From Klebsormidium nitens (Eukaryota; Plantae; Klebsormidiophyceae): DNA of 64,000 nt. Under the pieces are notes generated by a model. It was not told the DNA's origin and did no database searches. It worked only from the letters and a program-made list of their open reading frames with translations. A program made the position numbers and the translations under genes. The first letter of the stretch is position 1, and each line of letters begins with the position of its first letter. Of this stretch, positions 45,905 through 59,290 are shown piece by piece. The stretch is from NCBI GenBank assembly GCA_000708835.1, contig DF237030.1, forward strand, positions 62,001 to 126,000. Reading direction: 5' to 3'.

Positions 45905-48900
45905 ATGGCAGGTGTTGGACCAGGTTCTTCAGGCAGGGGCAATGGCCGCCCTCAGAATTCTGGGCGTCAACCTGGACTGACAAGCATTGACGACCAAGGT
46001 GAGGATTCGTCTGGAGCCTTTCAGGTTCTGAACACCTTAATGAATGGGATGACTGTCTGATTGTAGGCGGTCTGGGGCGCGCTAACCTTCTACGCCCTTT
46101 TACAAGTTATGTTACAGGTCCTTATCATAATGATCTCTTGTGAGCCTCATCTTCCCCCCACAGTTTTCCAATAGAGGTTTTCAAGCATGATAGGTCCTGA
46201 ACATGCCACCTTCTCAAGAGTGGCGCAAGCAGGCTGTCATTGCTTTGTGCAGCAAGTGGTAGGGCAAAGCTACGGCCATGGTTGTTGCGCATTCCGCAAG
46301 CGCAGCTCAAAGCTCAAAGCATCAGACAGGTACCTCACACATTATCGTCAGCATCTGTCCTTCAGTGCACTCTCCTTCAGCACAGTGTCGATACTGCAAA
46401 CTCTCCCTTAGCAGTCGTTATTACCTGCAGATGCGTCAATCGCAGAGCTGCAAGAACTGTACGCAAACCTGCGGGAGCATTCTCGGACGTACCAGGGGGC
46501 AGAGCTCGGTGGCGCATCGCCATCTGCCCCCGTCCACTCTTCTCGTTCCGGCGCTGGCGCGGCACGCAGCGATGAGAACAGCGTGGGGGAGAGTCTGGAG
46601 GAGGGGATTGAGGACAAGAAAAAGAAGCTACCAAAGGACCAGGTCAAGGAGTTGGAGGCAATGTTTCAGTCGGGGTATACGGGGGCTCCAGGTGAGACGG
46701 GTCTTGCTCAAAGTGAGTCGTTGCATGTCCGCTGGAGAACCAGAGAACGGGGTCAGAATGGTGTTGGTTACAACTTTGCTCGCTGGTAATGTTCAAACCA
46801 GTGCGGCAGCTCACGAAGTCCATTTTCTGGGTCTGTCAGCTTAAACCTAACACGAGAGTTGGTCAAGGTAGTCGAGGACCAGCCTCACATCCACGACAGG
46901 AGTTGCTCCAACCCCTGGCTGTAAAACGGCTGGCCGTTTTCAACGTTTCTTGCTCTGGCGGGGGTGCTTATTGCGTGCGGTTGCAGGCTTGCAAGTTTGG
47001 GCATTGCTTCGTATACTAAGCCTGAGAAGATGAGAGGTCAAGCCCTCTTTTGAGAGGTAATCTCGACCCCCAACTAAGATTCGTCTGTGCTTCTGTGTGC
47101 AAATTACGTCCTACAAGGCCTGGCATGATAGGCATCTGGATTTACTTGGTCGTTTTGCAATGAAAGTGATGGTCAAAGCTTCAAACTGAGGGTCATTTGT
47201 AGGACATTGTTGTATCATTTTTTTTGGTGCAAGTCTAGCATGTTGGTTCCGCTAAATGCTGCAGATCTGTGTGCTTGATTTTTCCACGGGTGCTCGATTT
47301 TCCTGCTTCAAGCCAACACAAAAGTCCATCGAGCCAGCTCAGGAAGGTGTTTTGGACTCCTGATGCACCAAGCAGGAAGAGGTGGTGCAAGTATTCGCCC
47401 TGCTTTGCTCACTTAGCCAGACATTGAGCCCTCTTCCATTGGTGGATTTTGACCCCCAACTGAGATCTGATTGTGCTTCTGTATCTGAAGTGAATACTGG
47501 GAGTCTTGACAAGCTAAGCATGTGGGACTCTTTGGTCCTTTTGCAAAGACAATGATGGTCGAAGCTCCAAACTGAGGGTTATATGCTGGATATGGTTCTA
47601 TCACCTCTGTTGGTGCAAGTCTCAGTTTGCTGCAGATCTGATTGCTTGGATTCTGCACGGCTGTTCGTTTCTCCTGATACAACCTGGCACGACAATGCAC
47701 TGAAGCTGCTCAAAAAGGTGTCTTAGACGAGTGATGCGTCAAGGAGGACGAGGTTCAAGAAGGCTACGGTTTTGCTGTTTACCAAGCCATAAGCATGCTT
47801 TTGGTATGGAAAAACCCTTCAAGGATCAGATCTGATGCTGGATACCAACTGAGGGCATGCTTGGGCTTTAGGTTTTTGTGCTAGTGCAAGAGAGCGTCTC
47901 CCCTGATCTTGCACAAATTCCGTACCACGAAGATGGACATTTGTGGAACATAAGTAACCCAAGAACTGTCCCCCATCATTCTTCGTCCTTTGAGTGCCTA
48001 AGGTTCAACTGGACAAGAATGCAGAACGCTGAAGGAGGCCTTCGTTGGCCCCAGAGTACCGTTTAAAAGAATGTTGTTTGGCCCTTTTCCAGCTTGTGAG
48101 ATTTTTCACTTCTCTGTGCTTGTTGTAATCTGGACGATACTGGCAGCTTTGATCTGTATGCATGAGTCGTGTTCTGCTTTGCTTTAGCTGCAGCTGAACC
48201 ACTCGTCCAATCAGTGCAAGACAGGGTATCTCTTCTGACACTTCTCTATCATCTCTGAGAGGTCTGATACACACTTTCAACTTCAAAGCAAGGGCACTGA
48301 AGCAACCATGCTTCTCCTTGCAACCCTCACAGAGCGCTCAGTTGATGCATCATTATCCTTTGGCCTGCAAGAGCTCTCATCTAAGATCAAGCCAGAACAT
48401 ACCTGAACGCCAAATTGACTGCAACACTCATCACCAAGGCACTTTTATGATACAGCAACACCTTCCCATAGCCGAGGAACGTTGAACAAAGTTCAAAACC
48501 TTTCTCTCTCTCCTGTACGTGTTGACCACCTAAGACATCAACCAACGGACGGCACTGAAGTTCTTCAAAGTTCGTCAATACCTCCTAAAAACATCAACCG
48601 ATCCAGGGCACTGGAGGCCTCCCAAGTCCACAACTGTAAAGAATCTCTTACCGCATCACTGATGGCCGGAGTACCAGCGGCAAGAAGATATGCAAGAGGC
48701 ATTGCAAGGTCTTCCTGTGTGCTTCCATTTTCAAGATTTTGACAAACTTTTATCCGTTCTCTTTTGCAGAGGGCCGGAGTGCCATTGGCAAGAAAATGTG
48801 CATAACAGAGCGCCAGGTGGCGATCTGGTTTCAGAACCGGCGGGCGCGCCAACGGAGCAAGCAGCTGGGGAATGACTTTGAGATGCTCAAGAAAGACTTC

Positions 48901-50294
48901 CGAATGGTCTTCCTCGAGAACCAGGTCATGCGCAAAGAGGTGACTTGCGCTGCTCTGGTTCTTCTTTCAACATCTAGATTATCTCGTGCACTATTTTTGT
49001 GCACTAGTTGGTCAACTACGAGCAGAGGAGTGATCAGAAGCAGCTTGCTTTTTGAAGAAAGAAGCAAGCCTCCTCAGTAAAGCATCCGTTTTCGAAACGA
49101 AGAAGAAGCGGTCGGATGACCCTGTTGTGTGGAATCGGGAATGCTTATCGGCTTGCGCAACTTACTCTTCGTGGCAAAGGTGTCGCTGTAATCAGAAATG
49201 CTGGTTCAGTCTCCCCAGTCTGAAGAATCTCGGTCTAAAATCGCTGCGGACCCACTCTCCCTTCAACCAGGTCATCAGAGGTCCTGTCAAGGAAACGGTT
49301 TTTACCTTGCTTCAGCGTGTTTTGCATACCCATTTCCCTTCAAAAACAGTCGTTGTCAGTTTTGAACACTTCTCTTGGACGGCTCGACGATCAGATGCCC
49401 CTCTAACGCATGCAGAGAAAGAAGCGCTTACCGATCCTCTCCATTGCGGTCATGTTAAGGACTCACAACACGCCATCACCACCGTCTCTCGACCAATACT
49501 ATTCTTCCGAAGGCTGTTCATCCACTTGGCGAACGATATTGTAGCTGTCAAATTAAGCAAAATGAAAAGGTTCCCCTCGTTAAGAGCTCTGAGAAGGAGG
49601 AGCATCATTCTTGTATGCACTGCCGTTTTTTCTGCAATCCAGCCTCGTCCTCACACGGCTTCTTATTCCGCTGCAGTTGGCTGAGCTGCGGGCTCGAGTC
49701 GCCGAAACCGACCCCTCCGGTCTGCTCCAAGCGCAGCCGCCCTTAGAAATGGCCGCTCCGGCCGCGCCTGCGTACTCCGACTTTCGAATCCCAAGCCCCG
49801 GCAAGCGTACCAGTTTAGATCGACCGCATCACCCAGGGGGAGAGGGACTGCGGGAGCGGCAAAGTTTAGATGACGTCGAGTATCTTCCCCGGTTGAAGCG
49901 AGCGAGGCTGTATCAGTCGGAAGGGGGTCCGTTCCCCGGGGGTAACTTCGGCCACCCAAACCGGAGTCTCGAACCCGAGCCCGGAGGTTTGAACCGGCAA
50001 CCATCCAGCGGGCTACTAGACGCTGTGGTCGCACAGGCGAATGTGTCGCCATTGCCGGGAAGTGGAGGTCTGGATTTTTTAGATGAGAGAGAGGCTCGAC
50101 AAGACCTGGACGCGGCATTGCTCGGGCCGGGTCACGAAGGGCGGTTAGAGCTTGGGTTACGGGGTAACAACACGGGGTGGGCCCCGCAAAGGCAGTTTTT
50201 TGACGTGCTCGGAAACGCCGGGGAGCGAGGGGATGAGTTAGAAGATGACCAAATAGAGCCTCCGCGCAGAGATCGAGACCCGGATGGCTGGTAA
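45905..50294 (+). CDS. Homeodomain-leucine zipper (HD-Zip class I-like) transcription factor; 4 exons, 380 aa
   Basis: Exons 45905-45998, 46431-46691, 48770-48939, 49677-50294, in phase. The homeodomain KKKKLPKDQVKELEAMF..ERQVAIWFQNRRARQRSKQL is directly followed by heptads L-GNDFEM-L-KKDFRM-V-FLENQV-M-RKELAE-L. Exon 1 is the least certain. Confidence 0.85.
47041..47900. repeat. Degenerate tandem repeat of about 386 bp in HD-Zip intron 2 (two units plus a partial third)
   Basis: Matching anchors recur about 385-386 bp apart: AGCCCTCTT (47041 and about 47428), GACCCCCAACT (47065 and 47451), (T/C)CAAACTGAGGG (about 47182 and about 47567), GGTGCAAGTCT. Confidence 0.7.
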
Positions 50295-50699
50295 CACTAT
50301 GTGAACTTGGCAGCAACAAGCGCGGCTCTTACAAGGGCCGAACGTCCATTCGGATAGCGCATTCAAGCAAATAATCAGCTAGAGCAACATCTGCATATTT
50401 CAGCTTGCTGTACAGTAAACAGGGATGTTCAGCTTCGTGCCTTTAGGACTTGCATGATGAGCATTGATCGACAGCTAGGAGTTGCTTTTAAAGCTGGGCG
50501 ACATTAGTTTTATTTGGGCTGCAAGGTAACTTTGACATTGACAAGAATTTAGCGCTTGCTTAGGTTTTTTCAAGTTATTGATCAAGTGCTTAATCAATGA
50601 GTTGCAGTTATGGTGACCCTTGGCATTGGGCCCGCAGTTCTTACCAGAATCGCGATTGTATGCGGATGTACGCACTGCTCTTTGCACTCATCTTGAATC

Positions 50700-51400
50700 C
50701 CGGCCATATAAGGCGCCGTGCACTTGCCGGGTCCTTAGGGAACGCTTTTTGTAGCAAAATACCCGCTATAGGCGCGTGGCCGCGGTGCCTGCTGCAGCAG
50801 TGACGGTGACGTACTGTGCAATGATGCCTGCTATATGGTCTAGGGCGGCGCATGAAATCGACTTCATGAATGATTATTCGGAAGCTGCATGCATTAAAAA
50901 TTCATGATGCAATTTTGCATGATCGAGTAAATATACGCAGCCCAATATCTACCGGCAAGCTATAGACTTAGTCTGTAGAGCTGGCCGGTGCATGATCCGG
51001 GTAATGTAGCAATTATGATATTCTTCTATAGCCTGGACGCATGGTCACGTTGCATATGCAATATATATGCCAGTGGATCACAATGATACATATATATAAT
51101 TTTGTGCAGTTTCCCTTCATAATTAAAATTAGTGTTACACTGCTGCGCACCATCGCGGTCTATTTATAATCTCTCATGCATATTGAACGGAGCTTGACCA
51201 TGCAATGCATGCACGTGCCATTCGGACTGATGCAAGTGCAATAATACCATCTATCCCGACTGCAAAGCCATAGCTAGCTTCTCCGACATATGCAAGCACA
51301 TTAAGTTAAGTCCAACCAATTTCGCGTACGGTATTGAAATGTCCTTAGGTCGGACATATGCAATTACGATTACGTCTTGATTATTTCTTGAGTGATATAA
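50700..51400. other. Palindrome-rich, AT-skewed non-coding island in the tail-to-tail gap between HD-Zip and TenA2
   Basis: TTGCATATGCAA (51050-51061), TGCATGCA twice, TTCATGAA, ATATATAT runs, TAGCTA, CATATG. Confidence 0.55.
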
Positions 51401-51653
51401 ATGTCACTGACTTTGTGACGACTAGTAAAGGTGGAGACCGGACGTGCAATCGGCCTTTAGGGCATCATGCACTCAAATGCCAGCCGACAGTGACATACCT
51501 CATCGCGCACTGGATTGTTTTACAAGTTCAGTCAAGCTTTATCCGATTTAAGACGCGAGTTTCGGAAGACTACTTCTTGCAAGGCATTGAAAGGCTATCT
51601 GATATCAGTACGTTCCCGGATGAACATTCCAAATGTGAACATTATGGCGGACC

Positions 51654-54326
51654 TCACAGGCCAGGCTGGGCTGCAAAGAAGTCAAGCTCCAAGAGCATGG
51701 CCGTCCGGTAAGTTGGCGAAAGGGCTTCGAACGACGTGTCTTGTCCGCAAACGCTATCGAGGACCGCTTCCAATTTAGAAGCCGAAGCCTGCACGAGAGA
51801 TTGTGCACGACACCGATGCAGTCAGTAGGAACGTCTCTGTGGCAATCCAAAAAAGTTTGATCTGTCGAACATGGGAGCAGGCCCCACACGAAGCCGACTT
51901 TCTGGCCAGTTCGATGGTATCAACTAAATGCGCTCTGCCAGAAAGTCCCATCTGGAAATAGTCGAGCTCAAAATATGAATTTGTGGCCACAGGTCCCGGG
52001 CACTCCCTACACGGCCAAGTCGCCGGGGTTGCCAAATCTCGGTTTAAGGTATGCGTCGACAACTCTATAGAGCTCGTCTCGCGATTCTTCAGACCGATGG
52101 GATTACTTCGGTTGATCAGGTGCAAACCAAACGACAGAGGTGGGTCATACTTCCGCTGAAAAGAATGTGGACATTTGTGAACGTGGACCAGAGACAAGAG
52201 GCTGGAGACCTTAGAGATTTCGATTGATGCGTACACAACGCAGAGACCGTCAACAGGAGTTTGTGTGTCAAGGCGAGAGGCATGCTTCCTTCGGGGATGT
52301 GCAGAACTGATGGATCGCCACCTGCCTGACGAAGTGACAAACGGTTTTCCATTTCTTCTTCTGAGGACTCTAGGATGGACCCAATGCCGTGGTAGCCTTA
52401 GAGCAGACACCCGTTCAAGCAGATTGCGATAGCTTCCTGATTCGAATAGCTCGCTCCAAATCAAAGCGTCGGTACAAAGTCGTTGAACACATGCTGGCAT
52501 CCCAACGACCATCTACTGCTTCGACGGCTTTCATTTTGGATACTGAGCCACAACCTCCGACAGTAACAGCAAGCAGAACCCCAAGCAAGCCCCACCTGAA
52601 AGTCTTGCGACGCGTACGTTTCGATCCACTCCCGGTAAGGATGCCCCGTCAGGTCCCGCCCCCGCCGCAACTCCGTGCCGAGAAAGGCGTACAGCCGCAT
52701 GCACGGTACCAACGCAGCAATCATTCTCGCAGCATCATGATCCAACGTGTCCCCTGCTACTCTATTTTTGCTTTTTACCTCTGTGATTTGACTGTCACGA
52801 CTTGAGCCACCTTCGGTTGTGTGATTATTTATGTCTGCCCTTTCTTGGAGGGCTCCGTTTGCCGTTCGTGCTTCCAACTCGCTTCGTGAATCCCTTTCAC
52901 TCTCCCCCTCCCCAATCACCTTTCCGTTAGCCTCCCAGTCCGCCCCGTTGGAGCCGTTTGACAATACCGTCTGAGTTGACTGTGATTCGTTAGCGCCATT
53001 CTCAGGAGGGCTGGAAGCAGTGACTGTGGTACTTCCTGACGCTGCCCGCCGAAGAAAGTCAATGTAGTTCCTCGTTGCTGCGCTGGGTTGGGCGTAGTCC
53101 CCCAGGTCTATGTCCCAAGCCTGCGGCAGGTCGACAAGAAGAGGGTTGAACCCGGAAAGAAAGTCTGATTTCGCGCTGTTCTTTCTGATGACTAAATTGG
53201 CGTCCAGACAAAAGAAGCCTTGGTTGAACCCCTGCTTCGGTGGTCAAGCTTCTGAGCCAATCAGGTAGAGCAACGCTGACCGCAAGCGAAGGGAGCAAGC
53301 TGCTGCTTGAAAGGGGGGCGAGTTCAGTGGGGGAGAGGAGTTAAGTTGGTGTGGTGACAGGCCCCCGCTTCGAGTGCACTTGGGGTATTAGTTGAGTTGA
53401 TGCCAATATGAAGCGTTCAGGTTCTGCATGAGCAGAGTCGTAGTCAAAAGAAACTGCACTCCCTATTAATCTGGGGCTGCGACACGAAGCTGAGTCCCAA
53501 GAAGAAACAATCAGCAGCCCACCAACACAAGGGCTGATGGAGTAGATCTACGACGGATGAAACCGTGCAAGAGTACGGTTTTGTAACCCCCAGGTGGAAT
53601 GACAGCTGTACAGCCAAGATCAAGGGACGCTTTTCTGTCAAGGTGCTGACGTCTGCGAACGCTGCCAGACTGAGGGGAAATGTGGCTAAAACCTGTGCAC
53701 ACTGGGCGTCGCACCACCTTCTTCATACAGGCTGTGGGTCTGCATTGATCTGTGAATTTTTTGTGGGCTTGTAAGGAGTGACGGGTGCGAAGAGCGGGTT
53801 GAAGAAGAGAAGTTGTTTTCCAGGGCTTGACTGAGCAGAATTGTCTATTCCACCTGCCGGCCTGAGCTTGCAGAGACCGTATGCACGTCTCCCGCAGGCT
53901 GAAAATAAAAACCCCAGGAGATAAAGTGGGGAGCTTCGAGAGGGCTGCCCCTCACCCCCCTGGTTCGATGGTCAAAAGTAAGCAGGGGGACATGTGCATA
54001 TATGTTACTTCTCTCACCTTCGCGTATCCAGCATGCATTCCTAGTTCCCGCAGCGCCGCATCCCGCAAATCTCGCAGCGCCCCTTTCGCATCAGCGTCGC
54101 TGACGCGCTCCTCCACAAGCTCGTACGTCTCACAAAATGCGGTCAAGAAGAATGCGTCCTGTGCAATGTAATGCTGGAAGGAGACCTTCTTCAGCGTTCC
54201 TGCCGCCAGCTGAGAAATGAAGGCACCAGTCAGCGCCTTGGTGGCAAGATCGGAGCAGGATTGCCAGAGCCTTTCTGAGATGGACGGAGGAGACACGTCG
54301 CCTTTGGGAAGCTCCCTGTTCATCAT
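51654..54326 (-). CDS. TenA/THI-4 (thiaminase II-like) protein, paralog 2; TH2-like TenA domain with no HAD domain; 322 aa
   Basis: Exons 54326-54018, 53120-52596, 51788-51654 (969 nt). Intron positions match paralog 1 and exon 1 is 309 nt in both. Motifs FQHYIAQDAFFL, ELGMH, ATRNYIDFL, AALVPCMRLYAFLG, HPYREWIETY, YRTAMLLELDFFAAQP. Confidence 0.92.
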
Positions 54327-54526
54327 GTTGTGTTTCTGGCAGCCTAAAGCTGGCGCCAAGATCGCCAGCTGGGGACCAACATGTATGGAAAAACCTTTCC
54401 GGGAATGATGTTGCCTCCCTTGCGAAGACGGTTCAACGTAAGCTGGAACTTAGAAAAGTTGAACGTACACATGGCGCCCACACTTGTTTCTGAAAGAGCT
54501 CATTGCGCATTCATCTCCAGTTTGTG

Positions 54527-54557
54527 GCATTAGGGTTTGCCCTCAGCATTAGGGTTT
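54527..54557. promoter_or_regulatory. Two tandem teloboxes in the 459-bp divergent promoter shared by TenA2 and PhyH
   Basis: GCATTAGGGTTT occurs twice (TTAGGGTTT at 54530-54538 and 54549-54557) between ATG 54326 (-) and ATG 54786 (+). Confidence 0.6.
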
Positions 54558-54785
54558 CGTCCGCAATGCAGGGCTATCAGCTGGCATCAGCATTCATGAG
54601 AGTTTTGATTTCAAGTCCAGCTTCAAGGGGCGTTCATGAAGGAGGAGGCCGTTGCTGACAGCTGCATAAGTAAAGATGCGCCAGCAGAAAAGTCAGCATT
54701 CGAGTGAACTGGATTGCACGTCTCTGCCCACTTCAGCGATTCGCTTCTGAGTGGTACAGACGAGAGACATTCTGCTTTCGGAGAT

Positions 54786-57569
54786 ATGGGCAAACGCATT
54801 GGTGGTGACTATGTTTGTGATGACGAGGACCGTGGCAAATTTGAAGCAGACGGCTATGTGCATCTCTCAGGGGTCCTCAGCCCCGAGGAGATTGCAGACA
54901 TTGAGAAAGAGTACATGAAGTTCATTGATAGGCAGATTCTGGTCGAAGGGCGGGACTTCTGCGACATGAGTGGGGATTACAGTAAACCGCTCAGCGAGTT
55001 CAGCATCGTGAACATCATGCTGCCAAGGAAATACCACCCCACCTTGAAGGACAATGTGTATGAGGTATGACAATCTTCCGCTCTCTTCAACGCCCATGAT
55101 TCGTTCGCTCGGCGTAGCGGAAGCAATTCTGAGCTTAGATTGAACCATGGTCATTGTCTGAAAGTGTGCCCTTTTTGGAACGCGTGGAATGTGAGTCTGC
55201 CAAGCAGGTCCTTGTCCAGCTGCATCTCTCCCTTTTGACAGCTGGCAACTCTTGGGTGTTGTGGTGTCTGGTTCGCAATGGAAGGGGCCGCTTGAGGGAG
55301 ATCAGCTGGCATTGCTGGTGATTGCTCTTCTCAACTAAAGTGGAGTGACACGGCTTCCTCTACTATAAGCTGTCTGAGACACTGAACTGCCCCTTAATCA
55401 GAACGCCCACTCATGTAAGGCTGTCCGAGAGGGAGTTCTGTCTCAACATCAAATGCGCTTGGACATCTTTAGAGACATCCTCTGCAAGCTCCCAGTCTGC
55501 AATTTTTTTGAATTGTGTTACAGGATCTCACACAATGGCTTCGCCTTGCATGGCTCCTCCAAGTTGCCTGACTCAACTTGAATTATGCCCTTGCAGAAAA
55601 AAGCCGCGTCCATTGCTGCCCAACTTTGTGGCCCTGATATGGTGTTGGACTATGACCGTAAGTGCCCTCTGACGACTGTCGCTCCTTTCCCTCAGCTTTG
55701 AAAGGGGTAGAGTTGCATCTAGCGGGCAGACGAGCACCTGTTACAAAAAGCGATTCTGGATTATTAAAACGCACTTCATGGCAATCATTGTGCCTAAGGT
55801 GAAAGGCTTAAATGCAACTGCGTGATACGTTTCCATGGTCACTCAAAACAAGTTTCAAACACTCCCTTGTATAAGTGACTGGCTTACCCCTGCCTGTCTA
55901 TGGAATTAGCTGGCCTTGTCAGAGGCTGTGTAGCGTAGCAGCTCTGCTGAAAAACTGTATCTCACATTCCGCTTCCGAGTCTTGGCGCATTCGTCTCTCA
56001 ATCTGCAAAAATTGAGGCGTTACTGCCATAAAACTCTACTTGAGCTCCGACACGCGCAACGTCCTCGTTGTGAACCTCCCCGTCATTCCTGAGAGCTACG
56101 TTGATACCACCTCTCAACCTCGTTAACTCCCCTCCAAGCAGCAACTTCCAGCAACCCCCTAGTTGCCCGTCATCTGCCCCTCAGCTCAGTCTCCCGCCCT
56201 TTGACTTCTCCACCCTCGCATTCGCCCCTTCTTTTGCATCCTTGTGGAACCAACCCCTCTTCCGTTTCCCCCCCTTCTCAGAGCTGCTGGCTAAGCCCCC
56301 CGGGAAGGCGGACGGCATCTTTGGCTGGCACCAAGATTTGGCATATTGGCCCATCACGCCAGACACAACGACCGCTTCCTTTTGGCTAGCAATTGACGAC
56401 TCCCGCACTGAAAACGGCTGCATCCGGTTCGTTCCGGGAACGCACCTCGAGCGGGAGCTTCGGAAGCACGCCCCGCCGTTTGGCGACCGGTGAGCCCGTT
56501 CACACCTCAGCGGGAGCCCGTTCACACTGTCCCCATTCCGGATGTGTTCGTAGCTTGATAAGAGCAAGTTCCTCTTAGAGAAGTCCGTTTACACCTTGCA
56601 TAGAGGACAGTCGACGTCGTATATCGTCTGAACCAACTTGTATAAAATACTCGTATCCAGTCCCGGGCCCACACTTCCCTGCTTAAGAAACGATGTGGCG
56701 TGGTTGATAACACAGCCCCTTGCAAATGTACTTTCATTCAGCGACTGTCTTCGGTTGAGTCGGATTGCGAAGCTTAAACGGACCACTCCTGTATCGGTCT
56801 GACGTACCTTAGGTCAGCCGTTCGTCTCGTCGCAGTAATCTTCTTTGAGACGGAACTATCATCTTATCCGACTTCAGACGACGTCAATCCAAAAAGAGGC
56901 CAGGAGAAGTACGAGAAATTTGTATGCATAGGGTCGAGGTTAAGGTTCGACGAAGCGTTTGATCATGGTTCCATTCAAGGACTTCACTTCACTGATGCTG
57001 TCAGGCGTATTGCCTGCTGCTGTTTACGAGTAAGCCGTCTTCCTTTTTGTTCCGTCTTGGAGTAGAAGCCTTCCACCGAGTACATCACCTTCATTACGCT
57101 TCGGTTTACCCTTGGAAAAGCGTAGCTCGAGAAGGTCTCCGTTCTGCTGCCAGCGGCGTATCTCTCATAAGATGCCTCTGTGACGGAGAGTAGACCTGGC
57201 ACAGCGGGGCAACAGGGTGCAGTAGATTCGTCACACTTTGTCACACCGGAACAAAGGATCGCTTCTCGGTGTTTGAAGTCTTTTTTTGTCGCTCGGCACA
57301 GGGACAAGTCGCACCTGCTGACGGCGGAGCTACAGGAGGGCGACCGCGTCGTTCCCGCCGAAATCAAACGGGGTGACGTCACAGTGCACCACGAGCGGAT
57401 CCTGCATGGATCGGGCCCGAACACGAGCCAGAGTAGTTGGCGCCGCGCTTACGTGATGGCGTTCCGGCGAAAGAGTACGGTGGAGGAAGAGCGGCGGCGG
57501 GGGTTCACTCACTCGCACAATGACAAGATGGAGGTTTTGACGAGCGTCGGCGAAGGCTACAATTCCTAG
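54786..57569 (+). CDS. Phytanoyl-CoA dioxygenase (PhyH) family Fe(II)/2-oxoglutarate oxygenase; 4 exons, 271 aa
   Basis: Exons 54786-55064, 55597-55657, 56282-56489, 57302-57569, in phase. Family motifs: FEADGY, LLAKPP, WHQD (HxD), WLAIDD..ENGCIRFVPGTH, GDVTVHHERILHGSGPN and RRAY (distal His and 2OG-binding Arg). The substrate cannot be inferred. Confidence 0.88.
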
Positions 57570-59290
57570 TGTTGTTGAGTTGCTTGTTTTGGTTCTCCGA
57601 TGCTTGAATTGAGTGTTCCAATCGTCTGTTCTCTAGCAATGTGTAAAGCGCGTGGTGTGTGTGATTATGAATGATCAAAGACTCGGGCCACTTGGAAAAA
57701 GTACTAGGTTGTTAGTTCAATGCGTTTTCGACTTTACAATGAGCCATCTGTACGCCACATGAGCTTCAGAAATAGCTGCAAGCCCTCGCATGCCGCCTAC
57801 TTTTCAACCCCGTGCTAGTCTCGACTGCATAATCAGAGCCTCGTGCATTATAAAGCAATTGAGTGGCATGGTTCTTGACATAACCAACGCTTTGTCCAAT
57901 CCCTTGAGATCATTGCTGTATGTAGAACTTTAGCTCATGCACCTCATATGTTGTCGTCCATGTTACAACCACATATGCAACATCGAGCCGCGTAGAGAAA
58001 GCGCCAATTGCTTCCTTCGCGGGCCGGATGAGCAAGATTGGATCCATATCAATCCATGTGAACGTGTTTCATTCCAGTGACAAATTACAAACCGGTGTTA
58101 TTATGTGACTTCTCACAGCACCACCGCCGTCCAAGCAGATTGAACTTTGCACAGGCACGCTGATGAGATTTTCATCGAGCTTTTTGACGTACAGCTCGAG
58201 CTCCTGTACGCCCTACATGATGTTCAAGTTTGTGGATTTGAATTCATATCATTACACAATTACATGATTACAAGATCATTGCACTTACACGGGCAGGTTG
58301 GCGAGGTAGCTGAAGGTACCTCAAACTGCAATGATGGTAGCCTATAGCGCTCAGGGACGGCATGGGTATTCTGTTGTTATGAAGAGCAAAGAGAATGACG
58401 TCGACGGCATGCGCATTGCACTGCTTATTATGGAAACGCCTTCGCGGCGGTCAAAGTTCTGCGCTGAATGCTGTTGTCCGACAGTTCAAAACTTTGACTT
58501 CCTGCAAGAGTTTGACTTTCCTCGAATCCAGCTCGTAGATTGGTCGACCACATATCCACGTGGTTCGCGTGGTAAGGAGCTTCCAATCATTGATGAGTTC
58601 CGACTTTGACCAATGAGCAATTTAATGCTTCATCATTAGAGGATACGAGTTCTCCAAAACTCAACGCGCTCGCGAATGCGAGATCTGACCGTTCGATCGA
58701 TGATGTTGTCGAAATCGACGGCCGTATCAGAACAAAGTCGGCGTAAATATCTGACGGTTGTCGGAATTCGTTATGCTGGGGTTCCCGGCGGATGCCGCCA
58801 AATGAGTCCGAGAACTTGTAAAGGTCGCGACGGTTCGAAAGCACCCACGGTCAACCGGCTTGTTAGGAATGGATTTCCGGATCGTGGGGAGTGCCCGGGG
58901 ACCAGCTTCCGAGCAAAATAGCGGCCCGAGGATCTCCGTTCGTCCGACTCCGACTCGAGTCCGGCCGAATTGCTGATCACTGTAGGTACCTACATACCTA
59001 CACTGTGAACATTGTGGCAGTGCACAATGAACATCCTTCCTTTGAAGTCCCCTGTGGTGGAAAGCCGCGCTTCCTAGCTGAAGTTTGCCTTCAGCTGGTC
59101 AATCTGAAGGGGCTCACAGTCAGGCCGGGTTTCTAGGTAGCTCGGGCAGCACCCCCACCTCGTTTGAGCTTTCTCTCTACCTTCTTTCTGCAAGACTCAT
59201 TTCGGAGGAGCTGCCCAGCTTAAAACCCCTTCTATTCACCATCCTCTTCCAATTACTCCCTGCGCCGATTGACTGTTGACTTGGATTGCC

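Noticed and set aside
49663-50319. 218-aa minus-strand ORF
   Set aside because: It is the antisense shadow of the last HD-Zip exon.
50300-51654. A HAD phosphatase domain continuing TenA2 through a CT|GTGAGG donor at the stop
   Set aside because: Only about 1.3 kb of palindrome-rich DNA separates it from the HD-Zip 3' end, and no DFDxT-type HAD motif exon was found.
51775-52512. 245-aa minus-strand ORF as an extra TenA2 exon or nested gene
   Set aside because: It lies within TenA2 intron 2 in a different frame from exon 3. The three-exon model already matches paralog 1, and no family motif was recognised.
58331-58980. Short ORFs upstream of the LOX gene as a small gene or TE fragment
   Set aside because: No recognisable domain was found. 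The CG-rich part is better explained as promoter-proximal DNA.
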